Source: Styela clava
Taxonomy: Eukaryota
Length of the DNA stretch: 64,000 nucleotides
Direction of reading: 5' to 3'
Assembly: GCF_964204865.1 (NCBI RefSeq)
Contig: NC_135253.1
Location: 6,634,001 to 6,698,000, forward strand
A program made the translations under genes and the position numbers. Numbering within the stretch: the stretch's first letter is position 1; every line of letters begins with the position of its first letter. This document shows positions 39,101 through 49,312 of the stretch, piece after piece. The notes under the pieces were generated by a model, which saw nothing but the letters and a program-made list of their open reading frames with translations, had not been told where the DNA came from and ran no database searches.

Positions 39101-42100
39101 GATATTTATATTTCAATTTGTGAGATTTACTGAACAGTTACTAATTTGAAGATCGTGGTCCACTGAAGATGTTTGAATGTCATCTAATTGTGATTACATA
39201 TGCATTGCCATTGTAACAGAAGGATTACTGTAATTAAAAAATAACTGCCGTTTCAGATTTTAAATAGAAGAAACAACGTAATCTTCAGTATTTTCTTGAT
39301 TTTAAACAATAAGGTTTCCAATTATCGAACATGCAAGCGTAACAAAATAAGGATATGATTTTAATATTTATCCTGGGTGAACGGAAAGCTGATATGACTG
39401 CTAATTCATACAGCGAACCACAGACCCCTGTCCAATTGCCAGCCCAAATCAGGTGTTGCAGGTGTATGGATTTGAGTTTTATTGTCTATCTTCATATTTT
39501 TACAGTTGAGCGACTTGAATATAAACTCCAACAAGAAAGAGCGTTAGCAGCTGATGTGAGATCTTCACTTGAAGCCGAGAGAGTGCGAGCCACCGATCAT
39601 CTGCCTGCTTTACAGAGAGAACGAGATCGTTCCGTTGAATTAGATAATGAAATCGGGCGTTTACAAAGAAAATTAGCCGAAGATGCTGAAGCTACTAGAG
39701 CTCGAACAGAAGCCTTACAGTAAGTAGACCACCAGGTGGTGTTTTTTGTTTGTTTAATATGCGCTTTTTTAAAATTTTAAAACTAACTTTTCAGGGTCGA
39801 GCTTGATGATAATCGAGGACATTTAGAAGATTTGCAAAATAAACTTTCCGAAGCTCGTGAAAAATTAACGAAAGCAGAAGAAGAAGCGGGACAAGTGAAG
39901 CATGATCATGACAAAAACAGATCTCAAGATGCTAGAACGATACAAGATCTCAAACATGCATTGATTGCGGAAGAAAATAAACGCGGAAACTTGGCAAAAT
40001 CATTAGAGGCGGAGAGAAATAATGTCGCACAACTACATGAGGAATTAGCAACACTGCGTGCTGATTCCCACCAAGAGATTGAGACTGGAAAAATCAGGTA
40101 AAAATAAAGTAACGGAAATTTGGATTATTCAGACAACTTCTCTTAAAACAAGTATACCTGCTCAATCTAAGGATCGCAATAAAGCATCTTCTGATATGTA
40201 GTATATGTAGCTGTCATTTTTGGTTGTGGATGAATTTATTTTGAATATGGCTCTTAGTTTTATTCTTTTTCTTTATAAAGAAAATTTTGTCAAAATGAGG
40301 CCAAGCTCACTCACTTGGAAATTGATCTCTGACATAATTTACGTACAACCACTGAAGCTACAAGAATTCTAGAATTATGGAAAAGCTTTATGCGTTAATT
40401 ACTTACCCAAGGGTCCGAAACCTACATTTGTAACATGCAGTGCCTATATAGTTAGCTCTAAGCAATAGCTATCACACCCACTGAAATTTAATTTCAATTT
40501 CAACATTAGATTGGCTGATATGGAAGACACAGTTGTTGCTGAAAAACGAAAATGCGATGATTTGAATGCAGCTCTCCAGAGAGAACAAGAGACAAGTGAG
40601 AGATTGAGAGGAACAATAGAAGAAGAGAGATCATTGGCTAATGAAGGCAGACAACATGATCGTGACACTGTCAATGATTTGCAAAGAATATTAGGTAAAT
40701 TAACCTCAGATATTACATATTTATTGTTTATTGTCTAACAATGCGGACTCAATATTTTCAAATGCGATTGAGTCTAACTTTTATTAATATTTCCAATATC
40801 TTAAGTAACTATTGTTTTTTATTGAAATTTACCAGTTTTTGAATAAAATATTGATTTATTCATTGGTTAAATTGGATTTATTTAGCTTGGAGATTCTTAA
40901 TCTATCTTCCATCAAATAACCCTGGATTTAAAAAAAATTTACCTGAACCCTCAGCAGGCTGAAACCAAATCAAGTGGTATTATATTAACACTCAGTCAAC
41001 TGAACATGAGTAAAGATTGCGTCCGTTTGTTGCCAATGATATTTGCAATTTGGGAGATGTGTTTGACAGACATGGTCTGCCATTTGAGTACCGCTGGAAA
41101 TTTTGTTCCATCACCTCTCGAGGTTTGAGAATCCTCGATTTAGCTCATCCAATGATGATTGATGGGGTCATTTGGAAATTGATAATTTTGGTCATACAGG
41201 ATGAGCCGAGATGGCCCAATCGGTACACTAGTAGTACCCTCACCTAATATTTTCCTGCAAGCGCTTGTAGTCTTTTCAAATTCATTTGTTGAAAAAATTC
41301 TATCTTCTCTGTTTTATCATTGAGAAGTATTTTCTTCTCTTTGAAATGATGTGATTCATCAAGATATTTAAGATTTTCAAACAAACATCCTTTTAAAATC
41401 ATTTGTATATTTGACTTGACATTTGGATTAATTTTAAGAAATCTAGGCTGAATCTGCCGCACGCACTACTGCATCTACTTACTTGACAGTATTTCTCTAC
41501 ATTCTTCTTTTCCTTTATTATTACAGATGATGCGAAAACTGAAACAGAAAAATTACAGAGGAAAATCGATATTTCAGAAAGAGAAGCAAGAGTTGCAAAA
41601 CAACAATTAGAAGACGCTCAAGCTATACATCATGATGCAATAGAAGCTGAAAGAGCTGTCAGAGACCAATTACAATCAGCCCTCGATAATATACAAGTAA
41701 TATACATATTATAAGTAATATATTCAGTTTTGAATATAGCTTTCCGTATTTCCTGAAAATGGAGAAACTTGCCTCAGATGTGCCAAATATATCCTAGACA
41801 GCAGAGTTTTATATACTGGGTCACATAAAAAACATATCCCATAAATTTCTTAATTTGCTTATATGAAAATGTAGAATATTTATTTGCCACTTAAATTTCT
41901 GAATGTGTATGTATAACCAAAAGTTTCAGCAATCTAAGAACACTTTGTACAAAAAGTTCTCTCTCGAATATCTCTTAGTTATATCTCTCTAGAGTCCTGT
42001 TTTTTTGGGTCACTATTTAAATGTATAAATTAATTGTTGCAAATTAGATGTGTTCTACTATTACTGTACTACAGAATCATAATTGTTACATTATATATCA

Positions 42101-45100
42101 TGGTTGTATTTTTTGCTTCATTGAACTTCCCTCAGTTCTTATATCTTTTAACTTGCACAGTAATCTTTTGATCTTCATAGATTTAGTTGAGTATCAAATA
42201 AAAAATTTGGGACAATGTGAATTTTTTTTATATCTGAGCTATTATCTACAATCATTCATTTCAAACAGGAACAAAAGCAAGATGCTTTGATGAAATTACA
42301 CAATATGGAAGATCAAATGAGAAGACAGAATCTAGAGAATCTCATCACAAATGCTGGAGTACCTGCATCTTCAACTACCAATGATGGCTTGATGGCAAAT
42401 AGGAGACAACTTGAATCTTTAAGACAAAGATTACAGATGGAATCAACTAAATTACAGGTACATTTATAGTTTTGTCCTAGATTTATAATGAAATTTTGAT
42501 GAATCACTCAAATATACAAACTATATTTTGATTTGAACTCTACTTAATTTCGCTGGCAGTGGAAGCAATTAAAAATATCAGCCTAGTAATAAAATCTTAC
42601 AATATTAATTTTGTCTGCTTTTATACTCAAAATTTTCATGTTGCCACATTTTGTTAATATTCAATGTTTGCGTCTTCAAACAAATAGATTAAAAAAACTG
42701 ATGCATACGACTGCACAACACGTAATGTAGTAAACTTTATATATCACATTCCGAATTAGCTCAATACTCATGGTTTTCTTGCAGGATTTAATGTCAAAAA
42801 CAGCGCAACGACTTCCCGTCACCCTGCCTACTGATAGTTTCAATCAACCTGATGAAGCAGCTCGTGAACTTGCATCTGAAATTGAACAAGTTGATTCAGT
42901 GAAACGATCACTTGCTGAAATGCAACAAGAATTAAGAGAAATGTATTCAACATTATCCGTGCCACAAAGAGTAAGTAAAATAGGATTTTCAAATTTGTCT
43001 TGGGGGAGTAAAGACTAAGGCAGCTTAAGTCTATTGCGAATAACGTTATCTCGTCATGGGGTCATGTCAAATATGGGACAATGGTGGAATTGATGGGTAA
43101 TTTACCACCTGTACATCAACCACCCCATGATGACGAGGATTCCAGCAATCCTCTTGCACATAATTATTCCCCAAATAATTCGACTCTACAAACTTGTGCA
43201 GGGTAATCAGAGGTATGATGGATCAACCCTGTTTTGTTATTCATAAGCAAGCAATGTTTATAGTTGTTATACTTTTTTTTGTACTATCTGATATATATTC
43301 ATGACTTTGTTGGATATCATAGTATCATCATTGTGTAGAAAGGTGACTGTACATTTGAACCCACGTACATTTGAACCCATGTGTATATCCGCGGGTTCAA
43401 TCTATATGCGGGTGCTAAAACCCATGGGTTGGGGTTAGTATGGGTTCAAATATCTGCAAAACAAAAAAAAATTCTATAGGTGCAATAGTATGCAGGTGCA
43501 ATTGTCATGGGTTCAAATGTACGTGGGTTCAAATGTACGGGAACCGTGTAAAAATTTTCAAAGTGATTATAACATTAGTTAAGTAAAGCCTACTTACTGA
43601 GTGTGTTATATTGTATGATATAATTTATCTACAATTTTGACTATGATGTCATTGCCATGTTTTTATCTGCTTTTCTGAATGAGTTTGACTCAATTTTCAT
43701 TTTTTCTAGGAAAAATCTGGAATTCTTTCAGATTCATCTCCATTCAACGATAGATTGATGGACCAAAATGCAGAATTAGTTATGTTGAATACTAAGCATA
43801 CAGATGAGAAAATTGCACTGAGAGATGCTTTAAGAAGATTGGAAGAAGAAGTTTGGAAAGCGAGAGTTAGCTCTGAAGATAACAGTAGAAATGCTGATGA
43901 CACGGTACCTTTTTAATTGTCATTTTCTCTTCACTTGTTAAAATAGAAGTTACCTATATGAATGTATAGTGAGATCAAGAGAGAAAATAGAACAAATGAA
44001 ATATTTAACAGTCATTAAAATATCCAAATGTATCTATAATAATTAAAAATATTGGTTAACTTATTTTGCATCGTAAAATTTCAGCTTATCGGAAATGAAT
44101 AATATCGAATAATAAGTGAAACAAAATAATTAAGAATTATTCGGTGTTCGATCATACATATACTCATACAATCCTCACAATTTCCTGTGCCAATCCAAGA
44201 CACAATTTTAGACATTTTAAAATACTTTAATCTAATATTTGCATTAATTTTTACAAAATGTTTTCATGACACTTCTGACGAGACGCAGTACGCAGCATTT
44301 TAAAAATGTTGCTACTGACATTTGGAATAATAGAAATTTTTCGGTTTTAAATAGCCTATATAATTAGTTTCACCTCAAATGAGTGTATTAAACTGTTTGT
44401 TTTTGGAAAATAGAAGCAACATCAACAGCAAGTACAAGAGATGGCAAGTAGAATGCATCGTCTCTATGTCAGATATTTAAGAGCTGAAAGTTTCAGAAAA
44501 GCACTTGTCTATCAAAAGAAATATCTTCTGCTACTAATTGGAGGATTCCAGGTAATATTTTATAGAAATCACCATAAAAAACTTCTTCAAACATAAATCC
44601 AGTTGTACTGATGGCATGCTTCATCAGTGAATCATTCTCGATTGCATTTAGTTTGACTACCGTAGTTTTTTTTTTATTTTTAGAAAATGTCTATGTTTTA
44701 AATATTGACCTTAAATCAATGTGTAACAAAGTCTATATATGCCAAAATTTTTAATTAGATTGGTATTTAACAACTAATTCTGATACTAATTCTTAACTAA
44801 CTAATTTATTATACAGTCTAAAGTGCTTCTTTTTATTCCAGGAATGTGAAGAAGCCACTCTTGCATTGGTGGCAAGAATGGGAGCTTATCCTAATGATGA
44901 TTCAGACCATCGTCCTTCACATAGATCCACAGCTTTCAAAAGATTCAGATCTGCTGCTCGCGTTATTATGGCTGTATCTAGGTATGCAATTAACCATTGT
45001 GTAGTAATTGAGTGGCACATCAGCTCGGTAGTTCATCTGTAAAGTTAGGTTTGGGATCAAGGGCTCGAGTCCCTTGTCATATGGCGAATAATTACAATCT

Positions 45101-48100
45101 CTGATCAATTTGATATAAATTGAGTAGGCTGAATTAAAAAATATATCTGCCCCCTTTGACCAGAGATTTGTGTGATATTTGGTGACAGCTGTCCTGACCA
45201 TTGTACATAGTAATATCTACAAGAAACCATTTGTTTCTGTCAAATTTGTTGATTATTGTTGTATTCGATGAGAAGCATTGTCTTATCAGTATAACGCTCT
45301 TGAATTAGTTTTAAATGCATCATAAACATGATATTGGAGGTCAGGCAATTGGTCTTTGTGTAAGATTATCAATAATGATACTTGCATTGTTGTCTGTTGA
45401 CTAAGGCGCCCATCACACATATGTGCCCTAGCTCATTTGTATCAATGTAATTTTTAGATTGAAATTCTTGGTTCGAAAATGGAGTCGTACCAGCAGTTCG
45501 ATTTCTGCTTCAATTCAAGAAAAACATGGAACTGGTCCAATTACAAATGGTAAGTTTATTATAATTTAAACATTTATCTGGAATTTTTTATGGATTTTGG
45601 GAAGAATTTATTTTCTAGGTATTCGTTGATTCAAATTTTGATCACATATATTCTAATGCTAATAATAGTATGAAGAATGATTGATTATGCAGTATTCATA
45701 TGTGATTATCTCAGTTGCGCATTCCAATCATACCATCTAAAATACTGGTAATGTTGCAATTGCTATATATTTTCACAATAAACTCCTATTGATTAGTTTA
45801 TTTGTCAGATCAGTAACTGATCTGGGGATTCAGGTTTCTAATCCACAATCATCATAATGTGTGTATATATATATAGAGTCATCAGATCTTGTTTGTTATA
45901 TAATTATTGGAATGTATTTATATGTTGGTTGCATTCTTCATATTTAATCCACATATCAATCTTCTTACATTTTTTTAAATCTTTTTACACAATGCATCAC
46001 AAAGTCTTGTTTCAGACAGTTCTACCATTACAAGTTGGAGACCTCATATAGCCAAAAGCAACATTATAAATGAAATATCCTTCTGGTGTTTTCTCAATTA
46101 ACTAGTAATTTAAAAATAATTCCATTGTATTATAAGGCTCTCAAGCCAGATAATTATCAGATCCTCCTGAAATGCCAAACAAATGTTGTAATGTCCTAAT
46201 TTTAACTATCAACTAATATTTTATTCAATATTTCCAGGACACCATGCTCCTCACTCTTCCTCACATAGACGACCTAGTCGTTCTACATCACCTCATCATC
46301 TTCGTCCTATGTCATCTACCTCAGCCCACACATTGGGTGAAAAGTCACCTAGTCCTACTCCATTACCTAGATATAGAGGCGAAAGCTACGACACTCATGT
46401 ACCATCATATGAACCATACAGAGTAAGTTTGGATAAGATGTATGCATTGGATTGAGAGATAACTAACCAGCTTCTGAGATAAAATACTGGACCGAGTGTC
46501 TGTCTTGTTTTATTATGGTAGTCTATATGATATGTTAAAACAATCTTTTATTTCTGATTGAACTGAAATTTTAATTGTAATGTAAATATCTCTCTAAAGA
46601 ATTTTGATGCTTGATTTTGGTTGAATTTGATTGATTTGATTGAATAACTATATAAGTTATATTAACTTTTCTGAGCAAAAATCTTTAAAAAATTGTTGCA
46701 TTCATTATTGAATAGTAGTTTAATACAATCAATGAGATTTACTGTTTGTTATCTGAGGTAAGAAACTCAACTAGTTTCTATGTAGAATATAGTAAATTAT
46801 AAGATACAAGACCTGGTACTAGACCCAGACCTAGATCTTACAGAGGACAGAATTCAGGAAATTTAAATTTAAAACACCAAATTTAAAAGTACTACATTGG
46901 CAATCTGACCTTAGGACATAGAACAAGAGTGAAAAAATATGATGACTGTTTGATCGGGGTTTTAAACTGAGCATGTACAGTGGTGTAGATGAGGAATATT
47001 AATATCATATTATTTATGTTACATTAAGCAAATTAGGTTTTCTAATATTTGTTTAAATTTTATTTTTCAGCAAACTCTGAGAGCCGCTGCTCAACACATG
47101 GATACAACTCCAACAAAACTTTCAGAATCACCTTTATCCCCTGTTGGTGCTTACGGTGCATCATCATCGTCTGGTGCACGGCCAAGGAATGCATATACTC
47201 GATCCACCACGTCACCCTATCTTAATTCATACGGTGATCAGCCATCTGCAACAGCATTACGATATCTTAATGGAAGCGGTAGACCTGGTACTAGACCCAG
47301 ACCTAGATCTTACCACACTGACTATAGAACTCCAGATTTGTCAGCAATGTCCTATTCAAGGTGAGTTTTTTAGGAAAAGAGACTGCAGTGAATTTTGTTA
47401 AATTGATATAAATAAATATTCCTAAATATTTCACAAATGTTTATATACAAAGTATATAGTTACTCCCATAAAACACGAACAGAAGTGAGCGTCTAAAAAA
47501 ATAATTAGTTAACAATTCCCATACCAGACATAAACCGTTTTATCGGCTTCAGTCTGCCCATGGGATAAATATGAAAATTTTGTCTTATGCTTTTACTTTG
47601 AACACCCAAATCAAGAAACCCTGTGTCCCACTCGTTCTTCATACTGGCTCATCGTGGTCATTCATCCATAGCTGATGACATCACACACAACTGCTTATGC
47701 TTTGCTATATGGGTAAACAATACAATTTCAAAAAATTCAATTAACAGACATAAAGGAAAAGATGTCAAATGCCTGAAACATGCTGAACTGTTTTTTAGGA
47801 AAAGTGGTGGCCTTATATAAATATTCTAGTGGGGACTATTGGGCTGCCTTGTATAGAAAAACACTGTGGCTCTGTACATTTTGGGTAAATTTGACATTAT
47901 TATTATTCTGCTGTGCAAGAGGTGTATTAATAATATTAGAAATCATATTCATTTCAAGCAGGGTTCAGGAATAGATATTGTATAAGTCAATTTGTACCGA
48001 TTTTTTAATTTCAGAACACAACCTGGAGAGTCTGATCCATCCTTGAATGAATATATTCAGAAATTGGAGAATCTACATCACAGATTAGAACAAAATCCTC

Positions 48101-48117
48101 ATCGCTATCAGAGATAG
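123..48117 (+). CDS. AKAP9/PCNT: AKAP9/pericentrin (PACT-domain centrosomal scaffold) orthologue, 5'-partial, 60 constitutive exons in window, about 3326 aa
   Basis: Phase-compatible exons: 123-280, 829-1041, 1482-1838, 2259-2392, 3377-3489, 3924-4056, 4407-4605, 6120-6203, 6283-6385, 9070-9315, 10002-10169, 10874-11203, 11692-11832, 12745-12912, 13630-13764, 14446-14600, 15531-15630, 16114-16216, 17321-17544, 19282-19435 (or 19447), 19846-20037, 20568-20752, 20985-21152, 24594-24746, 24818-24901, 25350-25493, 25707-25835, 26023-26226, 26297-26720, 26976-27142, 27348-27461, 28431-28669, 28990-29067, 29393-29555, 29940-30050, 30432-30581, 32676-32816, 33508-33645, 33978-34073, 34374-34493, 34583-34721, 34914-35053, 36016-36168, 36474-36599, 36783-37001, 38485-38592, 39009-39096, 39506-39719, 39795-40097, 40510-40694, 41527-41696, 42269-42457, 42785-42970, 43710-43904, 44414-44551, 44842-44981, 45458-45549, 46238-46422, 47071-47360, 48015-48117 (TAG). 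The sum is 9981 nt, divisible by 3. E/K/Q-rich coiled coil with family motifs DEGLDLSQRLAESMFAGPELD, KFSAEQTNEREIEREQFQQEI, LLDRIHKEGVQVLSLSE, the PACT domain, and C-terminal DPSLNEYIQKLENLHHRL. Confidence 0.95.
1135..1358 (-). mobile_element. Interspersed repeat family S2, probably a SINE read on the minus strand (copies about 15715-15912, 20395-20545, 32910-33077, 39348-39480, 42985-43215; opposite orientation 47503-47590)
   Basis: Shared blocks GGAGAGGAAAG, ATGGCGAACCAC, TTACCAGTCCATGTCGGGTATGGGA and GAGGAGTCCAGCAATCC at six or more loci. Orientation and class are inferred. Confidence 0.7.
2455..2682 (+). mobile_element. tRNA-derived SINE-like family S1 (other copies or fragments: about 4913-5040 -, 10575-10760 +, 14630-15200 +, 27213-27308 -, 32118-32198 -, 37043-37362 +, 45008-45130 +)
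   Basis: A-box-like TGGTTAAAGCATTAGACTC, B-box GGTTCAAATCC, shared core CAGGGTGTAATAAATTGGGTAG and A-rich tail. Boundaries approximate. Confidence 0.7.
6544..6807. mobile_element. Old hAT (Ac-type end) MITE remnant
   Basis: TAGGGATGTCTAAAAT...ATTTTGGCCATCCTCTA with TATTCG subterminal motifs; TTATAA on both flanks. Confidence 0.5.
8179..8315. mobile_element. hAT-like MITE
   Basis: TIR CAGTGGTGAGATTCAGCCGGTT / AACCGGCTGTGTACCCACCACTG; TSD TGTAAACC/TGTACACC. Confidence 0.85.
8608..8822 (-). mobile_element. Non-autonomous DNA transposon (MITE family B, Merlin-like) with TAACCC motif
   Basis: Ends GGTGCTCC...GGAGTACC; perfect 8-bp TSD AAATTTTT (8600-8607, 8823-8830); reverse-complement homologue of 38678-38895. 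Confidence 0.85.
9375..9650. mobile_element. Truncated second copy of the 16503-16866 element
   Basis: Shares gatttactgaaaactg...ttcaccaaatgaacca...aaaaggcacgagtgagcgttgtat...aaattttgggctggctacgct. Confidence 0.75.
11890..12125. mobile_element. MITE with about 80-bp TIRs (related to family B, Merlin-like)
   Basis: TIR GGTGCTCCCGAAGTATGCGAACCAAGATGGCGGACATCGGA...GGTTAGGGTTAGG; perfect 8-bp TSD CTTTTTTC (11882-11889, 12126-12133). Confidence 0.9.
13458..13541. mobile_element. Internally deleted pogo/Tigger-like MITE
   Basis: CGTGTTTCCCCC...GGTCTTATTTTCGGGGGAAACACG between TA-rich flanks. Confidence 0.65.
14721..15064. mobile_element. hAT-like MITE nested in a SINE
   Basis: CAGGAGTGTGCAATCT...AGGTTGAACACCCCTG with subterminal GCGGCCC motifs; degenerate TSD TTGTAATG/GTGTTATG. 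Confidence 0.75.
16503..16866. mobile_element. 8-bp-TSD DNA element carrying a SINE-tail-like segment
   Basis: Perfect TSD TCTCAGGG (16495-16502, 16867-16874); right end GGGCTGGCTACGCTCTTG; 16592-16866 is colinear with 9375-9650. Confidence 0.75.
16983..17242. mobile_element. pogo/Tigger-like MITE (TA TSD)
   Basis: TA|CCGATTTCCCGAAAATAAGACC...TATTTTCGGGAAAACACGG|TA; shorter relative at 13458-13541. Confidence 0.75.
18159..18176 (+). CDS. Candidate 18-nt microexon (KLLFEQ)
   Basis: Long pyrimidine tract ttgtttattgttttctaccttattctag, CAG|gttatg donor, phase 0-0 in a phase-0 intron. Confidence 0.4.
18921..19037 (+). CDS. Candidate alternative first coding exon (MDFMCFSDKN...WITEFVQK)
   Basis: gtcATGg start, 39 open codons, AAG|gttgga phase-0 donor compatible with exon 19282; CpG-rich patch upstream. 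Confidence 0.3.
20214..20390. mobile_element. MITE family C with internal 9-bp TGTCCCAC(T/A)-type tandem units
   Basis: Ends GGTATCTTGAAAATGT / ACATTTTTGAGACACC; related copy at 51112-51365. Confidence 0.7.
21714..21770 (+). CDS. Candidate 57-nt cassette exon of the PACT gene (PGDKSSDSSTTVSESGASQ)
   Basis: tttactttattag acceptor, CAG|gtaaca donor, phase 0-0, no stop, inside a phase-0 intron; three TGCATG downstream. Confidence 0.7.
23486..23638 (+). CDS. Candidate alternative exon of the PACT gene (cassette, or first coding exon from ATG 23495)
   Basis: ttatttattttgaag acceptor, CAA|gtaggc donor, 153 nt, phase 0-0; encodes SAEMSKILEQYEKLSKETEG...SGQ. Confidence 0.5.
25046..25199. repeat. 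Compound minisatellite [(AC)n ATGCACATATA] x about 7
   Basis: Directly visible; produces the spurious CV-rich ORF 25042-25230. Confidence 0.9.
27462..27587 (+). CDS. Candidate read-through alternative C-terminus (VRPENIKEISTVVKRVKIIRGTPVVTKTACTVRCNKVAIYF*)
   Basis: Frame stays open 41 codons past the donor at 27461 with exon-like composition; AATAAA at 27634 and 27709. Confidence 0.45.
   Translation: MRPENIKEISTVVKRVKIIRGTPVVTKTACTVRCNKVAIYF
27952..27966. promoter_or_regulatory. RFX X-box-like motif in a PACT-gene intron
   Basis: GTTGCTATGGTTTAC (strong CATAGCAAC half-site); second half-site ATAGCAAC near 28243. Confidence 0.35.
30997..31310. mobile_element. hAT (Charlie/Buster-like) MITE
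   Basis: TIR CAGTGGTTTTCAAAC / GTTTGAGAACCACTG; TSD ATCTAAAA/ATCTAAAT. Single-end remnants of similar TIRs near 17572, 29151, 30086 and 33124. Confidence 0.85.
37043..37362 (+). mobile_element. SINE-like S1 copy with duplicated core
   Basis: Head TAAGCATTAGACTTAGC; core present twice (cagggtttaataatttaagtagc and cagggatcaagtgggtgagc); tail gatatcagtg...tttggagcgaacggtgtg. Confidence 0.6.
38022..38312. mobile_element. Degenerate hAT-like MITE
   Basis: Right end TTGCCCACCCCTG, left end ...TGGCAAACTA; flanks AACTAGAC/ATCTAGCC; related fragment at about 2012-2110. Confidence 0.6.
38678..38895 (+). mobile_element. MITE family B (Merlin-like)
   Basis: GGTACTCCTGTAGTGTGTGTACCA...TGGTACACACACTTCTGGAGCGCC; TSD AAAATACG/AAAATACC; internal GGTTAGGGTTAGG. 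Confidence 0.85.
43342..43546 (+). mobile_element. MITE family A (TIR of tandem TACATTTGAACCCA units, Merlin-like)
   Basis: About 40-bp TIRs; TSD TGTAGAAA/TGTAAAAA; near-identical inverted copy at 54233-54433. Confidence 0.9.
44414..45549 (+). other. PACT domain-encoding exons (44414-44551, 44842-44981, 45458-45549)
   Basis: Spliced translation RMHRLYVRYLRAESFRKALVYQKKYLLLLIGGFQ|ECEEATLALVARMGAYP...FKRFRSAARVIMAVSR|LKFLVRKW matches the AKAP9/PCNT PACT signature (YLRAESFRKALxYQKKYLLLLxGGFQ) and the calmodulin-binding FRxAxRV...RxxFLVxxW segment. Not in the ORF track. Confidence 0.97.
46809..46841 (+). repeat. 33-bp exact intronic copy of exon sequence 47281-47313
   Basis: AGACCTGGTACTAGACCCAGACCTAGATCTTAC at both positions. 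Confidence 0.95.
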
Positions 48118-49306
48118 ATCCATCAATCTTTCAACTGCAGAGATTGAAATGATCTATTATTTATTCAAGATAGCATTTGTGATAAGTTGAGGTTCCTAAC
48201 TTGCAACATAGAATCATAGTGCTGTTAGATGATCTGCTATGAGACAATCATCTTGTTATGGGAAAAAATTGTCCAATGTCCATCCTACAATAAGCGATTA
48301 TAGGACTATTGAATGGTTGTAATGGTCTTCATTATTGCGTGATCTGATTCAATCACACTGGCTTGCTTAGTGACTTTTTCCTGGGATGCAAATACGAAAA
48401 TCCTCATTTATTTGAATTCCTATAAATTCTGAAATAAAATTTCCAAATTTACCATATACTGCAGCATGTTTATTGTTATAACAAAATATATATACTTTCT
48501 TTAAAACACTATATTTTTCTGAATGGCTGGTACTAGTACTTCTCTACAGCTTCTGCAGATTTTTGTAACTTGTAGTACATTGTAGCAGTGGCAAAGTGTT
48601 ATTAATATTATAAATATTAAGCTTCAAAGACATTATATTTACTGCTGATATCTAGGTGTGTATATAAGATTGTTTATATATGTATTATGATGAACATTGT
48701 GTAATATAGCTTTTGCGAATTCAATCTATCTTGTATGCTTGCTTAAGTTCAAACTATAATAACTAAGTGAATTTGTATTAGTTTTTCATTTTGACACCAC
48801 CTGTATATTTATTGAGTAATGCCCTATTTCATACTTCGTTCATAGTCACATTTTTGTATGGCCTTTCCCATTTTCAACATTTTTTTTTGATGTACATATT
48901 TTTTGCCTTTTTCTTTTATAAATGACAATACTCGTGCTTTAGTTGTAAATATTTTTTATACCAGACGTTAAATTTTTTTGATTTTTTCTCTACACAAATC
49001 TGTGCTGTTAATTCACTTTATCTTTGGAACATGTATGATAATCGCACAAAACTTTACATCTTCAGTAGTAAAAATATAGATATATTATACAGCCATGCTA
49101 GTTAGAATGCAATTCTTCAACATTATTTGATGCAAATGTGAGCTGCGCTGTCTTTGTGCTTTAAGAGCTGAACTGAATATATATAAATCGCTATTTGAAG
49201 CTTTTGTACGTTAATTTGCAGATTCAAGGCTTTTTTTACACAATATTTTGTTTATTTATGGTATTACAAACAACAAAAAAGCATGTTACAGATTTGTTGA
49301 TATCAA

Positions 49307-49312
49307 AATAAA
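49307..49312 (+). terminator. Probable polyadenylation signal of the PACT gene (about 1.2-kb 3' UTR)
   Basis: AATAAA followed by a T/TG-rich tract near 49334; a proximal AATAAA also occurs at 48433. Confidence 0.45.

Noticed and set aside
43342-43546. CRISPR-like or telomeric array
   Set aside because: The repeats form TIRs with a TSD, have no unique spacers, and contain only one or two TTAGGG-type units, in a eukaryotic intron.
711-47974. Minus-strand and off-frame short ORFs overlapping the PACT gene (for example 1595-1807, 26460-26699, 40444-40674, 43706-43903)
   Set aside because: Antisense shadows of E/K-rich exons or chance intronic ORFs; no independent splice structure.
123-48117. 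Several separate myosin/golgin-like genes, or U12-type introns
   Set aside because: All 60 exons join in one continuous frame ending in PACT, and no junction shows the RTATCCTT minor-spliceosome donor.
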